From positions 11,437 through 75,436 of the forward strand of contig JAPLMD010000054.1 of the NCBI GenBank assembly GCA_026387235.1: a stretch of DNA of 64,000 nucleotides, written 5' to 3'. Position numbers and translations under genes: made by a program. The notes under the pieces were generated by a model, which worked only from the letters and a program-made list of their open reading frames with translations, had not been told where the DNA came from and did not search any database. Shown in pieces: positions 20,483 through 28,875 of the stretch. This DNA comes from Candidatus Omnitrophota bacterium. Its GTDB lineage: Bacteria > Omnitrophota > Gorgyraeia > Gorgyraeales > Gorgyraeaceae. Each line of letters begins with the position of its first letter. The first letter of the stretch is position 1.

Positions 20483-21727
20483 CTAATCAATAGATATCTT
20501 CTTGCCTTTTGTCTTAAGGGTAAGATCTATGATAATCTTTGAGAGTTTCTTGGCATCGTGCCTTACATAATTTTGAGTATTTACCACGTCGCCTTCTATT
20601 ACGTTGTAACCATTCTCTATAATCTTATCTGAGTCAGCTAAAACAGGATAAGCGCCTTCTTCTTCATATTTTTTAAGAAGCTCTTTTAGGACCTTGCCTG
20701 TATTTACGATGCAGTAATTAAGTATATCGGGTCTTGTATGGGATATAAGGGCGTTCATGTGATCAAATGCCGTATAATTATTTGTTTCTCCGGTTTGCGT
20801 CATTACATTACAGACATAAACTTTCTGCGCCTTGGACTCAGCAATCTTTTCCGCTATACCGTCCACCAGAAGATTAGGGATAACGCTTGTATATAAACTA
20901 CCAGGCCCAAGAACTATTATGTCAGCCTCAGCTATTGCTTCAAAAGATTCTTTGCTGGCTTTGCAATGCAATGGGTCTAAATAAACTTTTTTTATAGGCG
21001 CGTTTTGTTTAACTATCTTTGTCTCCCCTACGGTCTTCTGTCCATTCTGATATTCCGCCACAAGCTTAACTTTCTCAAACGTAGAGGGAATAACACTGCC
21101 TCTTATCGCAAGAACTTTACTGGATTCTTTTATTGCCTTTTCAAAATCGCCTGTAACCTTACACATTGCGGTTATAAATAGATTTCCGAAACTATGCCCC
21201 TTTAATTCTGATTCGTCTCCAAATCTAAACTGAAATAACTCGCGCATTAGCGGCTCTGCGTCTGCAAGCGCAACAAGGCAATTTCTTATGTCTCCCGGCG
21301 GAAGCATGTCAAATTGCTCCCTTAGCCTTCCGGAAGACCCGCCGTCATCCGCAACAGTTACTATTGCCGTGATGTTGCTTGTATGTTCTTTTAAACCGTG
21401 AAGAATAGTTGAAAGACCGGTTCCGCCTCCTATAACTACTATCTTTGGGCCCTTTTCGAGTTGGCGATAGTGATACATTATATCCACTAGCTCTTTTTCT
21501 CGCTGCGGGAGAAAAACTGCAATGAATGATTTCAGCATCCTCTTCATGCCATATATGACTATCAATGAGCCCAGGACAACAACAGAAATGCCTATTATTT
21601 TGGATCCTGGAAATTTTTTAAGTATCCACACCATAGAACCCATGGCAACTAATAAAACGCCCGTACCGGAAGTAAATATCCAGCGTTTTATTTTCATTCC
21701 AGGATAAAGCCATTTAAATCTTCGCAT
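20483..21727 (-). CDS. yvcK: YvcK/UPF0052 (CofD-like) family protein with an extra N-terminal two-TM segment
   Basis: Core IVVIGGGTGLSTILHGLK and the rest of the family pattern. It is preceded by ~85 aa containing two hydrophobic helices not typical of the family. Confidence 0.7.
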   Translation of the reverse strand: MRRFKWLYPGMKIKRWIFTSGTGVLLVAMGSMVWILKKFPGSKIIGISVVVLGSLIVIYGMKRMLKSFIAVFLPQREKELVDIMYHYRQLEKGPKIVVIGGGTGLSTILHGLKEHTSNITAIVTVADDGGSSGRLREQFDMLPPGDIRNCLVALADAEPLMRELFQFRFGDESELKGHSFGNLFITAMCKVTGDFEKAIKESSKVLAIRGSVIPSTFEKVKLVAEYQNGQKTVGETKIVKQNAPIKKVYLDPLHCKASKESFEAIAEADIIVLGPGSLYTSVIPNLLVDGIAEKIAESKAQKVYVCNVMTQTGETNNYTAFDHMNALISHTRPDILNYCIVNTGKVLKELLKKYEEEGAYPVLADSDKIIENGYNVIEGDVVNTQNYVRHDAKKLSKIIIDLTLKTKGKKISID

Positions 21728-21734
21728 ATATTTT

Positions 21735-22205
21735 TTACGCCCTTCTGATATCTTCTTCTTTTATAATCTTGATCAGTGTTCTTTCGCCGTCTGAATTTTT
21801 TAATGAATCTCTGAAATACTTGTCTTTTAATAATTTCGAGATACGGGCCAGCGCCTTGAGATGCGGGCCTGAAGATTCTACAGGAGCTAATAGAAGGAAA
21901 AATATGTAGGCAGGCTCTCCATCTAATGAATCAAACTTTATGCCGCTTTTAGATATGCCAAAAGCTCCTATAAGCTCGCTCACATATTCACATTTTCCAT
22001 GAGGTATGGCAACGCCCTGGCCGATACCAGTCGAACCAAGGGTTTCTCTGTTTAAAAGCACTTTTACAACAGCGTCTTTGTCTTTAGGCTTGAGCTGGCC
22101 TGATTTAACCAAGAGTTCTATGAGCTCCTTTATAACGCTATTTTTGTCCTGGGATTTTAAATCCGCTGATACTGCCTTCTCGTTTAAAAAATCGAGTATG
22201 TGCAT
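21735..22205 (-). CDS. ptsN: PTS EIIA(Ntr)-type protein (nitrogen-regulatory IIA)
   Basis: EIIA-fructose/Ntr fold with GIGQGVAIPHGK active His; 156 aa. Confidence 0.8.
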   Translation of the reverse strand: MHILDFLNEKAVSADLKSQDKNSVIKELIELLVKSGQLKPKDKDAVVKVLLNRETLGSTGIGQGVAIPHGKCEYVSELIGAFGISKSGIKFDSLDGEPAYIFFLLLAPVESSGPHLKALARISKLLKDKYFRDSLKNSDGERTLIKIIKEEDIRRA

Positions 22206-22210
22206 CTGTT

Positions 22211-22278
22211 CCTCCCAAATTTGCGAAGCAAATTTGATCCCGAGCCGCCCCTATACCTACATATATGCGGCGAGGACC
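22211..22278 (-). promoter_or_regulatory. Conserved two-hairpin leader element, copy 2 (upstream of the ptsN RBS)
   Basis: Minus strand: GGTCCTCGCCGC, AT-rich stretch, GGCGGCTCGGGATCA, CAAATTTGC-ttc-GCAAATTTG, then GGGAGG and ATG. Same architecture as copy 1. Confidence 0.6.
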
Positions 22279-22435
22279 TATTTACCTGCTAGCTTTATTT
22301 TTTTCTCTATCACACCTAATATTCTTAATTCTTTGCCCCTCGCGACACACTATTCGTTCGGCGTTCGTTCGTTTCGAACCCCTAAATTCACTATTAATGG
22401 TGAGCAAGGTCGCCTTCGGCGGCCGCGTCGAACCA

Positions 22436-22456
22436 TGGAGCGGGAGACGGGGTTCG
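22436..22456 (-). other. 21-nt exact duplicate of the tRNA-Gly 3' end (tRNA fragment / att-like scar)
   Basis: tggagcgggagacggggttcg is identical to 22602-22622 (3' acceptor and T-arm of tRNA-Gly). It sits in a GC-rich spacer ~145 nt downstream of the intact gene. Confidence 0.6.
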
Positions 22457-22601
22457 GCGCCCTTCGCTTCGGCCTCGTCCAGAGGCCTCGGCACTTCCTC
22501 AGACATTACGTCCTCGGTCGCTCAGGGTCGGCCACTCGCCCTTGAAATCCTCCTATTCGTCGTATTTCAAAACAGGGCTCTCTTCGAACCCCTTAAAAAT
22601 C

Positions 22602-22676
22602 TGGAGCGGGAGACGGGGTTCGAACCCGCGACCTTCTCGTTGGCAACGAGAAGCTCTACCACTGAGCTACTCCCGC
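22602..22676 (-). tRNA. tRNA-Gly (anticodon GCC)
   Basis: Reverse complement folds as a 75-nt cloverleaf: acceptor gcgggag/ctcccgc, anticodon loop ttGCCaa, T-loop ttcgaac, encoded CCA. Confidence 0.85.
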
Positions 22677-22702
22677 GGACATTTATTTTTCTCCATGTAT
22701 TC

Positions 22703-22840
22703 TCAGTCCCGAGTCGCCCTATTTTTTATTTATCTGCGACGAGGGACAAACTAAAGTATCCTTAACTATCTTTTTGGTCCCTCGCGACTATATATAACAG
22801 ATATTGGTCGTTCAGGATCAGTTCTGCCTTCGGCAGAACT
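22703..22840. repeat. Two copies of the conserved hairpin element in inverted orientation (22703-22747 and 22776-22840), between tRNA-Leu and tRNA-Gly
   Basis: tcagtcccgagtcgcc-[AT-rich]-gcgacgagggac, then 28 bp, then ggtccctcgcgac-[AT-rich]-ggtcgttcaggatca-agttctgcc-ttcg-ggcagaact. The stem halves carry compensatory substitutions relative to copies 1-3: GTCGC/GCGAC instead of GCCGC/GCGGC, and GTCCC/GGGAC instead of GGTCC/GGATC. Confidence 0.55.
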
Positions 22841-22924
22841 GGTGCGAGAGGAGGGAGTCGAACCCTCAAGGGTCTCCCCACTAGCTCCTAAGGCTAGCGC
22901 GTCTGCCAATTCCGCCACCCTCGC
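22840..22924 (-). tRNA. tRNA-Leu (anticodon TAG), long variable arm
   Basis: 85-nt cloverleaf: acceptor gcgaggg, anticodon loop ctTAGga, variable stem-loop, T-loop ttcgact, encoded CCA. Confidence 0.8.
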
Positions 22925-22946
22925 CTATATCTGTTTCTGCGGTCCT

Positions 22947-22966
22947 GGTACTCCCAACAGGATTCG
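22947..22966 (-). other. Near-exact duplicate of the tRNA-Lys 3' end (tRNA fragment)
   Basis: tggtactcccaacaggattcg versus the tRNA-Lys 3' end tggtacccccaacaggattcg (one mismatch). It is followed by ttcggcgc as in the tRNA-Gly fragment, so the two spacers are themselves homologous. Confidence 0.55.
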
Positions 22967-23091
22967 GCGCTTTGCCCTTCGGGCAAAGTCGGCCATTCGC
23001 TCTGCTGTCGTCCGCCAATATTCTTGGCAGACTTTTCCTCGCTTCGCTCGGCGCAGAGCTCTATTCGAATCCTGTAACCTGAATAACATTG

Positions 23092-23167
23092 TGGTACCCC
23101 CAACAGGATTCGAACCTGTGACCTTATCATTAAGAGTGATCTGCTCTACCAACTGAGCTATGGGGGC
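23092..23167 (-). tRNA. tRNA-Lys (anticodon CTT)
   Basis: 76-nt cloverleaf: acceptor gccccca, anticodon loop ctCTTaa, T-loop ttcgaat, encoded CCA. Confidence 0.8.
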
Positions 23168-23228
23168 ACAAACGTTAAGCCTAAATGATATCACAGGTTA
23201 AAAACTTCGTCAATAATTTTAATGTATA

Positions 23229-23295
23229 GGTCCCTCACGACTAGATACAAAAAACTATGGTCGTTCGGGATCAAATCCGCCTTTGGCGAGGTCCT
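23229..23295. repeat. Copy of the conserved hairpin element between tRNA-Arg and tRNA-Lys
   Basis: ggtccctcacgac-tagatacaaaaaactat-ggtcgttcgggatca-aatccgcctttggcgaggtcc, matching the GGTCCC/GGGATC and CGAC/GTCG stem halves. Confidence 0.5.
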
Positions 23296-23350
23296 TCGAA
23301 TACTTCCTATTCGGTCGTATTCTCAGGATCAATTTTTGCTTTGCAAAAAT

Positions 23351-23427
23351 TGGCGCGCCCGGGGTGAATCGAACACCCAGCCTACTGGTTCGAAGCCAGC
23401 CGCTCTATCCATTTGAGCTACGGGCGC
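23351..23427 (-). tRNA. tRNA-Arg (anticodon TCG)
   Basis: 77-nt cloverleaf: acceptor gcgcccg, anticodon loop ctTCGaa, T-loop ttcgatt, encoded CCA. The hairpin atttttgc-ttt-gcaaaaat lies immediately 3' of it. Confidence 0.85.
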
Positions 23428-23435
23428 ACTGCTGA

Positions 23436-24119
23436 CTAAAGACGCTTATGTTCCGCAAAACTGTAATATCTGTTGTCCCCTATTATTATATGGTCCAGGA
23501 CATTTATCTGTAATGCCCTGCAAGCTGCTACAAGATTTTTGGTAAATACCCCATCTTCTTTACTGGGCTCGGGTTCTCCGGATGGATGGTTATGCGCTGC
23601 GATTATACTTGCTGCAAAGTTCTGAAGCGCTTTCAGGGCTATCTCTCTAATATGAGGGTTGGCCTGGTCAACAGTCCCCTCCTCTATTTCAACTATATCT
23701 ATTATATTATTTTTACTATTTAACAGCAACACCTGAAATATTTCCTTTTTAATATCTCTTAATCTCGGCATAAAAAGCCCGGCAGCGTCTTTTGGAGATT
23801 TTATCACGCTGGATGGTTTTTTAGGCTCAGACATAAACCTTCTCGCTATCTCAAAACTGGCCCTTAATTGCGCTATCTTTGTGTCTCCTATGCCCTTAAA
23901 ACTTCTCATTTCAGAAATATCAGTATGACTCATGTTTCTGAAAGTCTTAAAACGCTCCACTACTTGCCGCCCCAGATCTACTGCGCTCATGCCTTTCGCG
24001 CCAGTGCGGAATAGTATAGCGAGAAGCTCCGCGTTGGTAAGCGTATGTTCCCCATATTTAAAAAGCTTTTCTCTCGGCCTTTCATTCTCCGGCCATTTTT
24101 TTATACCTGACTTTGCCAT
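23436..24119 (-). CDS. radC: RadC-family JAB/MPN domain protein
   Basis: N-terminal helix-hairpin-helix-like region (LLAILFRTGAKGMSAVDLGRQVVERF) and JAMM motif HNHPSGEPEPSKED. Confidence 0.8.
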   Translation of the reverse strand: MAKSGIKKWPENERPREKLFKYGEHTLTNAELLAILFRTGAKGMSAVDLGRQVVERFKTFRNMSHTDISEMRSFKGIGDTKIAQLRASFEIARRFMSEPKKPSSVIKSPKDAAGLFMPRLRDIKKEIFQVLLLNSKNNIIDIVEIEEGTVDQANPHIREIALKALQNFAASIIAAHNHPSGEPEPSKEDGVFTKNLVAACRALQINVLDHIIIGDNRYYSFAEHKRL

Positions 24120-24126
24120 ATGTCTG

Positions 24127-25152
24127 CTATGCGGGGTTTCCCGCTAGTTGGCCGCAGGCAGCCATTATATCTTTGCCTTTGGATTCTCTTATTGTTACAT
24201 TGATCCCTTTTTTCAGAAGACCGTCTTCGAAATCTTTTACATCTTTCTTAAGAGAGGATTTAAAATTAACGCTGCACACTTCGCTATAAGGTATAAGATT
24301 AACTTTTGCCTTTAACCTTTTTGCTATTTTTGATAAATCATTTATGTCTTTTTGCGAATCATTTATATCTTTAAACACTATATATTCAAGCGTAAGCATC
24401 CTGCCTCCGTTATTCATATAATCTTCACAGGCCTTTATAAGTTTCTCAAGAGGGTATATTTTATTAACGCTCATCAGTCTATCTCTCAGTTCATTGTTCG
24501 CGGCATGAAGAGATATGGACAAATTAACCTGCAAGCCTAATTCTTTAAACTTCTCTATGCCCGGTATAATGCCGGAGGTTGAAACAGTAATTCTCCTGGC
24601 TGCTACGGCCATTGCCTCAGGGGAATTCATTATCTTTATAGTTCTGGATACGTTTTCATAATTATCAAAAGGTTCGCCCATGCCCATAAAAACAAAATTT
24701 GTTATATCATGCTTCAATCTATGTTCCAGAAATAATGCCTGGCTTAATATCTCGGATACACTTAAATCTCTTTTAAAACCATTCATGCCGCTTGCGCAGA
24801 ATACACAGGCATACTTACAACCTGCCTGAGTTGAAATGCACGCTGTTTTTCTCTTATTTGAACAAATAAGCACTGTTTCTATCAGGATTCCATCGTCAAG
24901 CTCGAACAAAATTTTTTCAGTCCCATCAATAGATTCAAGTTGCTTTAAAGGCTTCACGGCGCCTATATAATAGGATTCGGCTAATTTATCCATGAATAAT
25001 TTCGGGATATTATTCATGGCGTTAAAATCTTCTGCGCCTTTTTTATAAATCCAGGAAAATATCTGTTTAGCTCTGTAGGAAGGCTCTGAAATTTTTTTAA
25101 ATTCTTCCTTAAGCTCTTCGAGAGTGAAATTCTTTATATCTTTTTTATCCAT
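24127..25152 (-). CDS. rlmN: 23S rRNA/tRNA A2503/A37 C2-methyltransferase, radical SAM
   Basis: Radical-SAM CxxxCxxC in AGCKYACVFCASG and overall RlmN pattern. Confidence 0.85.
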   Translation of the reverse strand: MDKKDIKNFTLEELKEEFKKISEPSYRAKQIFSWIYKKGAEDFNAMNNIPKLFMDKLAESYYIGAVKPLKQLESIDGTEKILFELDDGILIETVLICSNKRKTACISTQAGCKYACVFCASGMNGFKRDLSVSEILSQALFLEHRLKHDITNFVFMGMGEPFDNYENVSRTIKIMNSPEAMAVAARRITVSTSGIIPGIEKFKELGLQVNLSISLHAANNELRDRLMSVNKIYPLEKLIKACEDYMNNGGRMLTLEYIVFKDINDSQKDINDLSKIAKRLKAKVNLIPYSEVCSVNFKSSLKKDVKDFEDGLLKKGINVTIRESKGKDIMAACGQLAGNPA

Positions 25153-25174
25153 AAAGGCATTGGAGGCAGGAAAT

Positions 25175-25717
25175 TTACGAAAGACTATCTCGTCCTTCTT
25201 TAAATCGTTCCAATAATCTTTTTATATCGCTATCTGCCGAGCGCATAATCTGAGTGGCTATAAAAATCAGGATGGAGAACTGCCAGGAATCTTCAGGCCC
25301 CGTAATCAGGCCGTTAGCCACGTCTTCTCCTCTCTGCAGTTTATCAGAATAATATTCTATAGCCTTTTCAAGATGGCCCTCGTAAACGTCAAGTGAATAG
25401 GTCTTATTGTTATATTTTAGAGACGGGAATGTTACCCCGCGCACAAAAAGAAAATTCAAGATCATGTCCTGTCCTGAATGAAATTCCCTTTCAAAATCAA
25501 ATCCTTCAAACTGAGGAGAGTTCGACGGCAGGATTATGGCAGGTTTTTCAACCACAACCTGGCCCTTTCTGACCACAGTATCTCCCAGATTAACGGAAGA
25601 CTCGGATAAAAATATATACGGCACCTCTGTGGTCTCAAAGGTCAAAAGCTCCTTAGGCCTTGGCCTTATAATCTTAGTACTTTTTAAAGCCTTTTCCCAC
25701 CCATCTTGAATATTCAT
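25175..25717 (-). CDS. Hypothetical protein (180 aa)
   Basis: ORF only; no recognisable motif. Confidence 0.3.
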   Translation of the reverse strand: MNIQDGWEKALKSTKIIRPRPKELLTFETTEVPYIFLSESSVNLGDTVVRKGQVVVEKPAIILPSNSPQFEGFDFEREFHSGQDMILNFLFVRGVTFPSLKYNNKTYSLDVYEGHLEKAIEYYSDKLQRGEDVANGLITGPEDSWQFSILIFIATQIMRSADSDIKRLLERFKEGRDSLS

Positions 25718-25761
25718 AGTGTTATTGTTATATCATAAAAAGCGCTATAAGGCGAGAAAAA

Positions 25762-28700
25762 TTATTGGCCGGATTCAGATAAGAAAACAATCTTTTTCCT
25801 CTTGCCTTCAATCTTTATGAGAAGGCTGTAAATGCACGGCACGACAAATAGAGTCAGTAGCGTAGAAACTACGACCCCGCCTATGACTGTTACTGCCATA
25901 GGTATACGCGTTTCTGCGCCGGGCCCTAAAGCCAAGGCCGGAGGTATTGCTGCACCAACAGTGGACGCCGCAGTCATAAGAATCGGGCGCAGGCGCGTCG
26001 GACAGGCTTTTAATAATGCCTCACGATGATCCATGTTCTCTTGTTCCCGGAACTGGTTAGTAAAATCAATCAGAAGAATGGAATTTTTTTGAACGATGCC
26101 CATGAGAAGGATAAGCCCGATAATACTGTAAATATTCAATGACTGGCCCGCCACCCATAGAGCTATGAGAGCGCCGGAGATACTAAAAGGAAGCGCGAAT
26201 AGAACTGAAATCGGATGAATATAATTGTTAAACTGCGATGCCAGGACCATGTATGCGACAATAATCCCAAGCCAGAACGCAAACGCGAGACCGGCAAAAG
26301 ACTCCTGAAATGCCTTGGTGCTTCCGCTAAAAACAATATGATAACCTTCCGGTAAAATTCCTTTTGCAATCTTATTAACTTCATCCATGGCACTGACCTG
26401 AGATTTTCCCGGAGCCACATTTGCAAAAATAGAAATAGCCCTTTCCCTGTTCTTGCGCGTAATGGTTAAAGGAGTGAGCTTCTCTGTAATCTTTATAACA
26501 TCTTTTAAATTTACCTGCTCCCCGCGATTGTTCCAGACCCATAACCTATCTATGTTTTCCGCTTCAGTGCGCTGAGAAGGTATCAGACGGACCCGCACGT
26601 CATAACGCCTGCCGTCTCTTGTGTATTTACCGATACGTTCGCCTCCTATAAGAGAATTGACAGTGCTTCCAATGGTATCGACACTCACTCCGCGACTATC
26701 AGCGTTCTGGCGGTCAGGCACGATGCGAATCTCCGGGATAGCAGCCAGGTAGTCAGTATCCACGTCTATCATAAGGCTGCTTTTTTCCATTTCTTTTTGA
26801 ATCTTTCCGGAGCAATCAGCTAATGTTTCCCAGTCAGGCCCTCGAATTGAAAATTCAATAGGAGACCCTCTTTGCGCGGAAAATCCGGAGAGAGATAAAT
26901 CCTGAATAGTGGCTTTGATGTCAGGCACCTGGTTTAAATTTTTGCGAAAAACAGCCATTAACTCAGCCTGAGAAAGCCTGTGTTTTGCAGGAGGCACTAT
27001 CGGCCGTTTCTTAGGATCTTTAAATGTTACAAAGAACATCCCTGAATTTACTTCTCCCCCTCCGAACCCGCCTATGATACTCACCACGCCTTGTACCTCA
27101 GGCCTGCCTAAAACAAACTCCTCTGCTTTTTTAAAACGTTCGTCCGTAAAAGTAATTGAAGAACCTACCGGCGTCTGCAAGCGGCACATAAACATGCTTT
27201 GATCCTGAGGAGGGACAAATTCTTTTCGCAAAATGCCTAGTAAGAAAAGAGACGCTATAAAGAAAATTACGGCAAAGACAACGACCTTTTTTCTGTTTCC
27301 CAAAGCCATCGTAAGCCCGGTTTTGTAACGTTCTGCTAACCATTGAAGGCTTTTATCAATATTTTTTCCCATAACGGTGCTGCGTTTCCCCATTTCAAGA
27401 AATTGCGAGCATCGCATAGGCGCAAGAGTCAAAGCCTCCAGAAGAGACAAAGCCACAGCTATGGAAATCGTCATTCCAAACTGAAAAAAGAACCTTCCTA
27501 TTATGCCGGACATGAAAGCTACGGGCAGAAATATTGCAATAAGCGCAATTGTAGCAGCGAGCGCGGCAAAGGTAATCTGGCGCGCGCCTTGCCGCGCGGC
27601 TTCGACCTGTTCAATACCTTTTTCCCTATAACGAGCTATATTCTCCAGGACCATAATGGCGTCGTCTACAACGATGCCGATTGCGAGCGAAAGCCCAAGG
27701 ACCGTAAAAGTGTTAAGAGTGAATTTTAAAAAATGAATTACAATAAATGCACCTAAAATAGAGGTAGGGATAGCGAGTAAAATATTTAAAGTTGCGCTCC
27801 ATGAGCCCAGAAAAAGCCAGCAAATAAGAGATGTAAGAATCGCCGAAAGAAAAAGAGTGAATGTCAATTCTCGTATTGAATCTTCGCTGAACTTGGTACG
27901 GTTAAAACGAACGATAGCCTGCATGCCTTCAGGAAGAGTTTTTTTGATTTCCTCGAGGCGCTTTAAAACCTTATGCGCTACTTCAACCTCATTAGATCCG
28001 CGTTGTTTGCGGATACCCATGGCAACGGCCGGTTTTCCTGAACTGCGCACAATTCGTCTTATATCCGCAAGGCCATCCTCAATAGTAGCAACATCTTTTA
28101 AATAAATCGGTTTATAGACAGGCTGGCCGGCGCGTTTTGGAATCAGGATATTTTCAAATTCCTCTGTGGTCATAGCCTCGCCCATTACGCGGACATTGAA
28201 TTCCTTTTCTTTTGCCTCAATACGGCCCGCGGGCATTTCCTTATGTTCTTCCTGAACTGCGTTAACAACATCCCCGACTGTCAGCTGATAACTATCCAAT
28301 TTATCGGCATCCACCCATATGCGCAGGTTTCTATCCACAAATCCGCCTAAAAATATCTCGCCTACCCCGCTTATGGTGGAAAACTTATCCTTGACATGGT
28401 TCTGAACATAAGTCATCAAATCGCGCAGCGACATATTGTCAGATAACACTGTAAGAAATACAATAGGCTGGTCGTCAGGATTAGTTTTGGTCACAACCGC
28501 GGGATCCATGTCGTTGGGCAGATTTCTCTGCGCCTGGTCTATCTTTGTCTGGATATCCTGCATAGCTACATCAATATCTCTGTCAAGCTCAAACTCAACC
28601 GTAACAGTAGCGTTTCCCTGCCGTATCTGAGACGATACGTCGCGCACGCCCTGGACACCCATTATCGCGCTTTCGACGATATCCACCACGTCTGATTCCA

Positions 28701-28875
28701 TAACCTCAGGGGCAGCACCTTCCCATGTAAGACTTACAGAAACAACCGGAAAATCGATGTCCGGCAGCTGGCTCACGCCCAGCATGTTGAAACTTATAAT
28801 GCCGAACAGGATAAGCCCCAACATAAGCATCCATGAAAAAACAGGGTTTTTAATCGCTATATCAGAAAGCGTCAT
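25762..28875 (-). CDS. RND-family efflux permease (AcrB/CzcA type)
   Basis: 1037 aa with 12-TM pattern and two large periplasmic loops. Overlaps the upstream outer-membrane factor gene by 4 nt. Confidence 0.85.
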   Translation of the reverse strand: MTLSDIAIKNPVFSWMLMLGLILFGIISFNMLGVSQLPDIDFPVVSVSLTWEGAAPEVMESDVVDIVESAIMGVQGVRDVSSQIRQGNATVTVEFELDRDIDVAMQDIQTKIDQAQRNLPNDMDPAVVTKTNPDDQPIVFLTVLSDNMSLRDLMTYVQNHVKDKFSTISGVGEIFLGGFVDRNLRIWVDADKLDSYQLTVGDVVNAVQEEHKEMPAGRIEAKEKEFNVRVMGEAMTTEEFENILIPKRAGQPVYKPIYLKDVATIEDGLADIRRIVRSSGKPAVAMGIRKQRGSNEVEVAHKVLKRLEEIKKTLPEGMQAIVRFNRTKFSEDSIRELTFTLFLSAILTSLICWLFLGSWSATLNILLAIPTSILGAFIVIHFLKFTLNTFTVLGLSLAIGIVVDDAIMVLENIARYREKGIEQVEAARQGARQITFAALAATIALIAIFLPVAFMSGIIGRFFFQFGMTISIAVALSLLEALTLAPMRCSQFLEMGKRSTVMGKNIDKSLQWLAERYKTGLTMALGNRKKVVVFAVIFFIASLFLLGILRKEFVPPQDQSMFMCRLQTPVGSSITFTDERFKKAEEFVLGRPEVQGVVSIIGGFGGGEVNSGMFFVTFKDPKKRPIVPPAKHRLSQAELMAVFRKNLNQVPDIKATIQDLSLSGFSAQRGSPIEFSIRGPDWETLADCSGKIQKEMEKSSLMIDVDTDYLAAIPEIRIVPDRQNADSRGVSVDTIGSTVNSLIGGERIGKYTRDGRRYDVRVRLIPSQRTEAENIDRLWVWNNRGEQVNLKDVIKITEKLTPLTITRKNRERAISIFANVAPGKSQVSAMDEVNKIAKGILPEGYHIVFSGSTKAFQESFAGLAFAFWLGIIVAYMVLASQFNNYIHPISVLFALPFSISGALIALWVAGQSLNIYSIIGLILLMGIVQKNSILLIDFTNQFREQENMDHREALLKACPTRLRPILMTAASTVGAAIPPALALGPGAETRIPMAVTVIGGVVVSTLLTLFVVPCIYSLLIKIEGKRKKIVFLSESGQ

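Noticed and set aside
22211-22278. Sigma-54 (-24 GG / -12 GC) promoter reading of the conserved leader element (GG-N10-GC within tcGGgatcaaatTTGCt)
   Set aside because: The spacing fits copies 1 and 2 only. Copy 3 has TTGT and the tRNA-spacer copies have 9-nt spacing. No sigma-54 activator is nearby. Paired stems fit all copies better.
22436-22966. Integrated genomic island or prophage at tRNA-Gly/tRNA-Lys implied by duplicated tRNA 3' ends
   Set aside because: The duplicates lie only ~145 nt from the intact genes, with no integrase, recombinase or cargo between or nearby. At most these are scars of past events.
22265-23194. Track ORFs of 60-180 aa on both strands across the tRNA region (22265-22765+, 22282-22506-, 22842-23156+, 22894-23130-, 22925-23194-)
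   Set aside because: They overlap four confidently folded tRNA genes and GC-rich structured spacers. Their amino acid composition is Arg/Ser/Pro-rich nonsense typical of GC-rich non-coding DNA.
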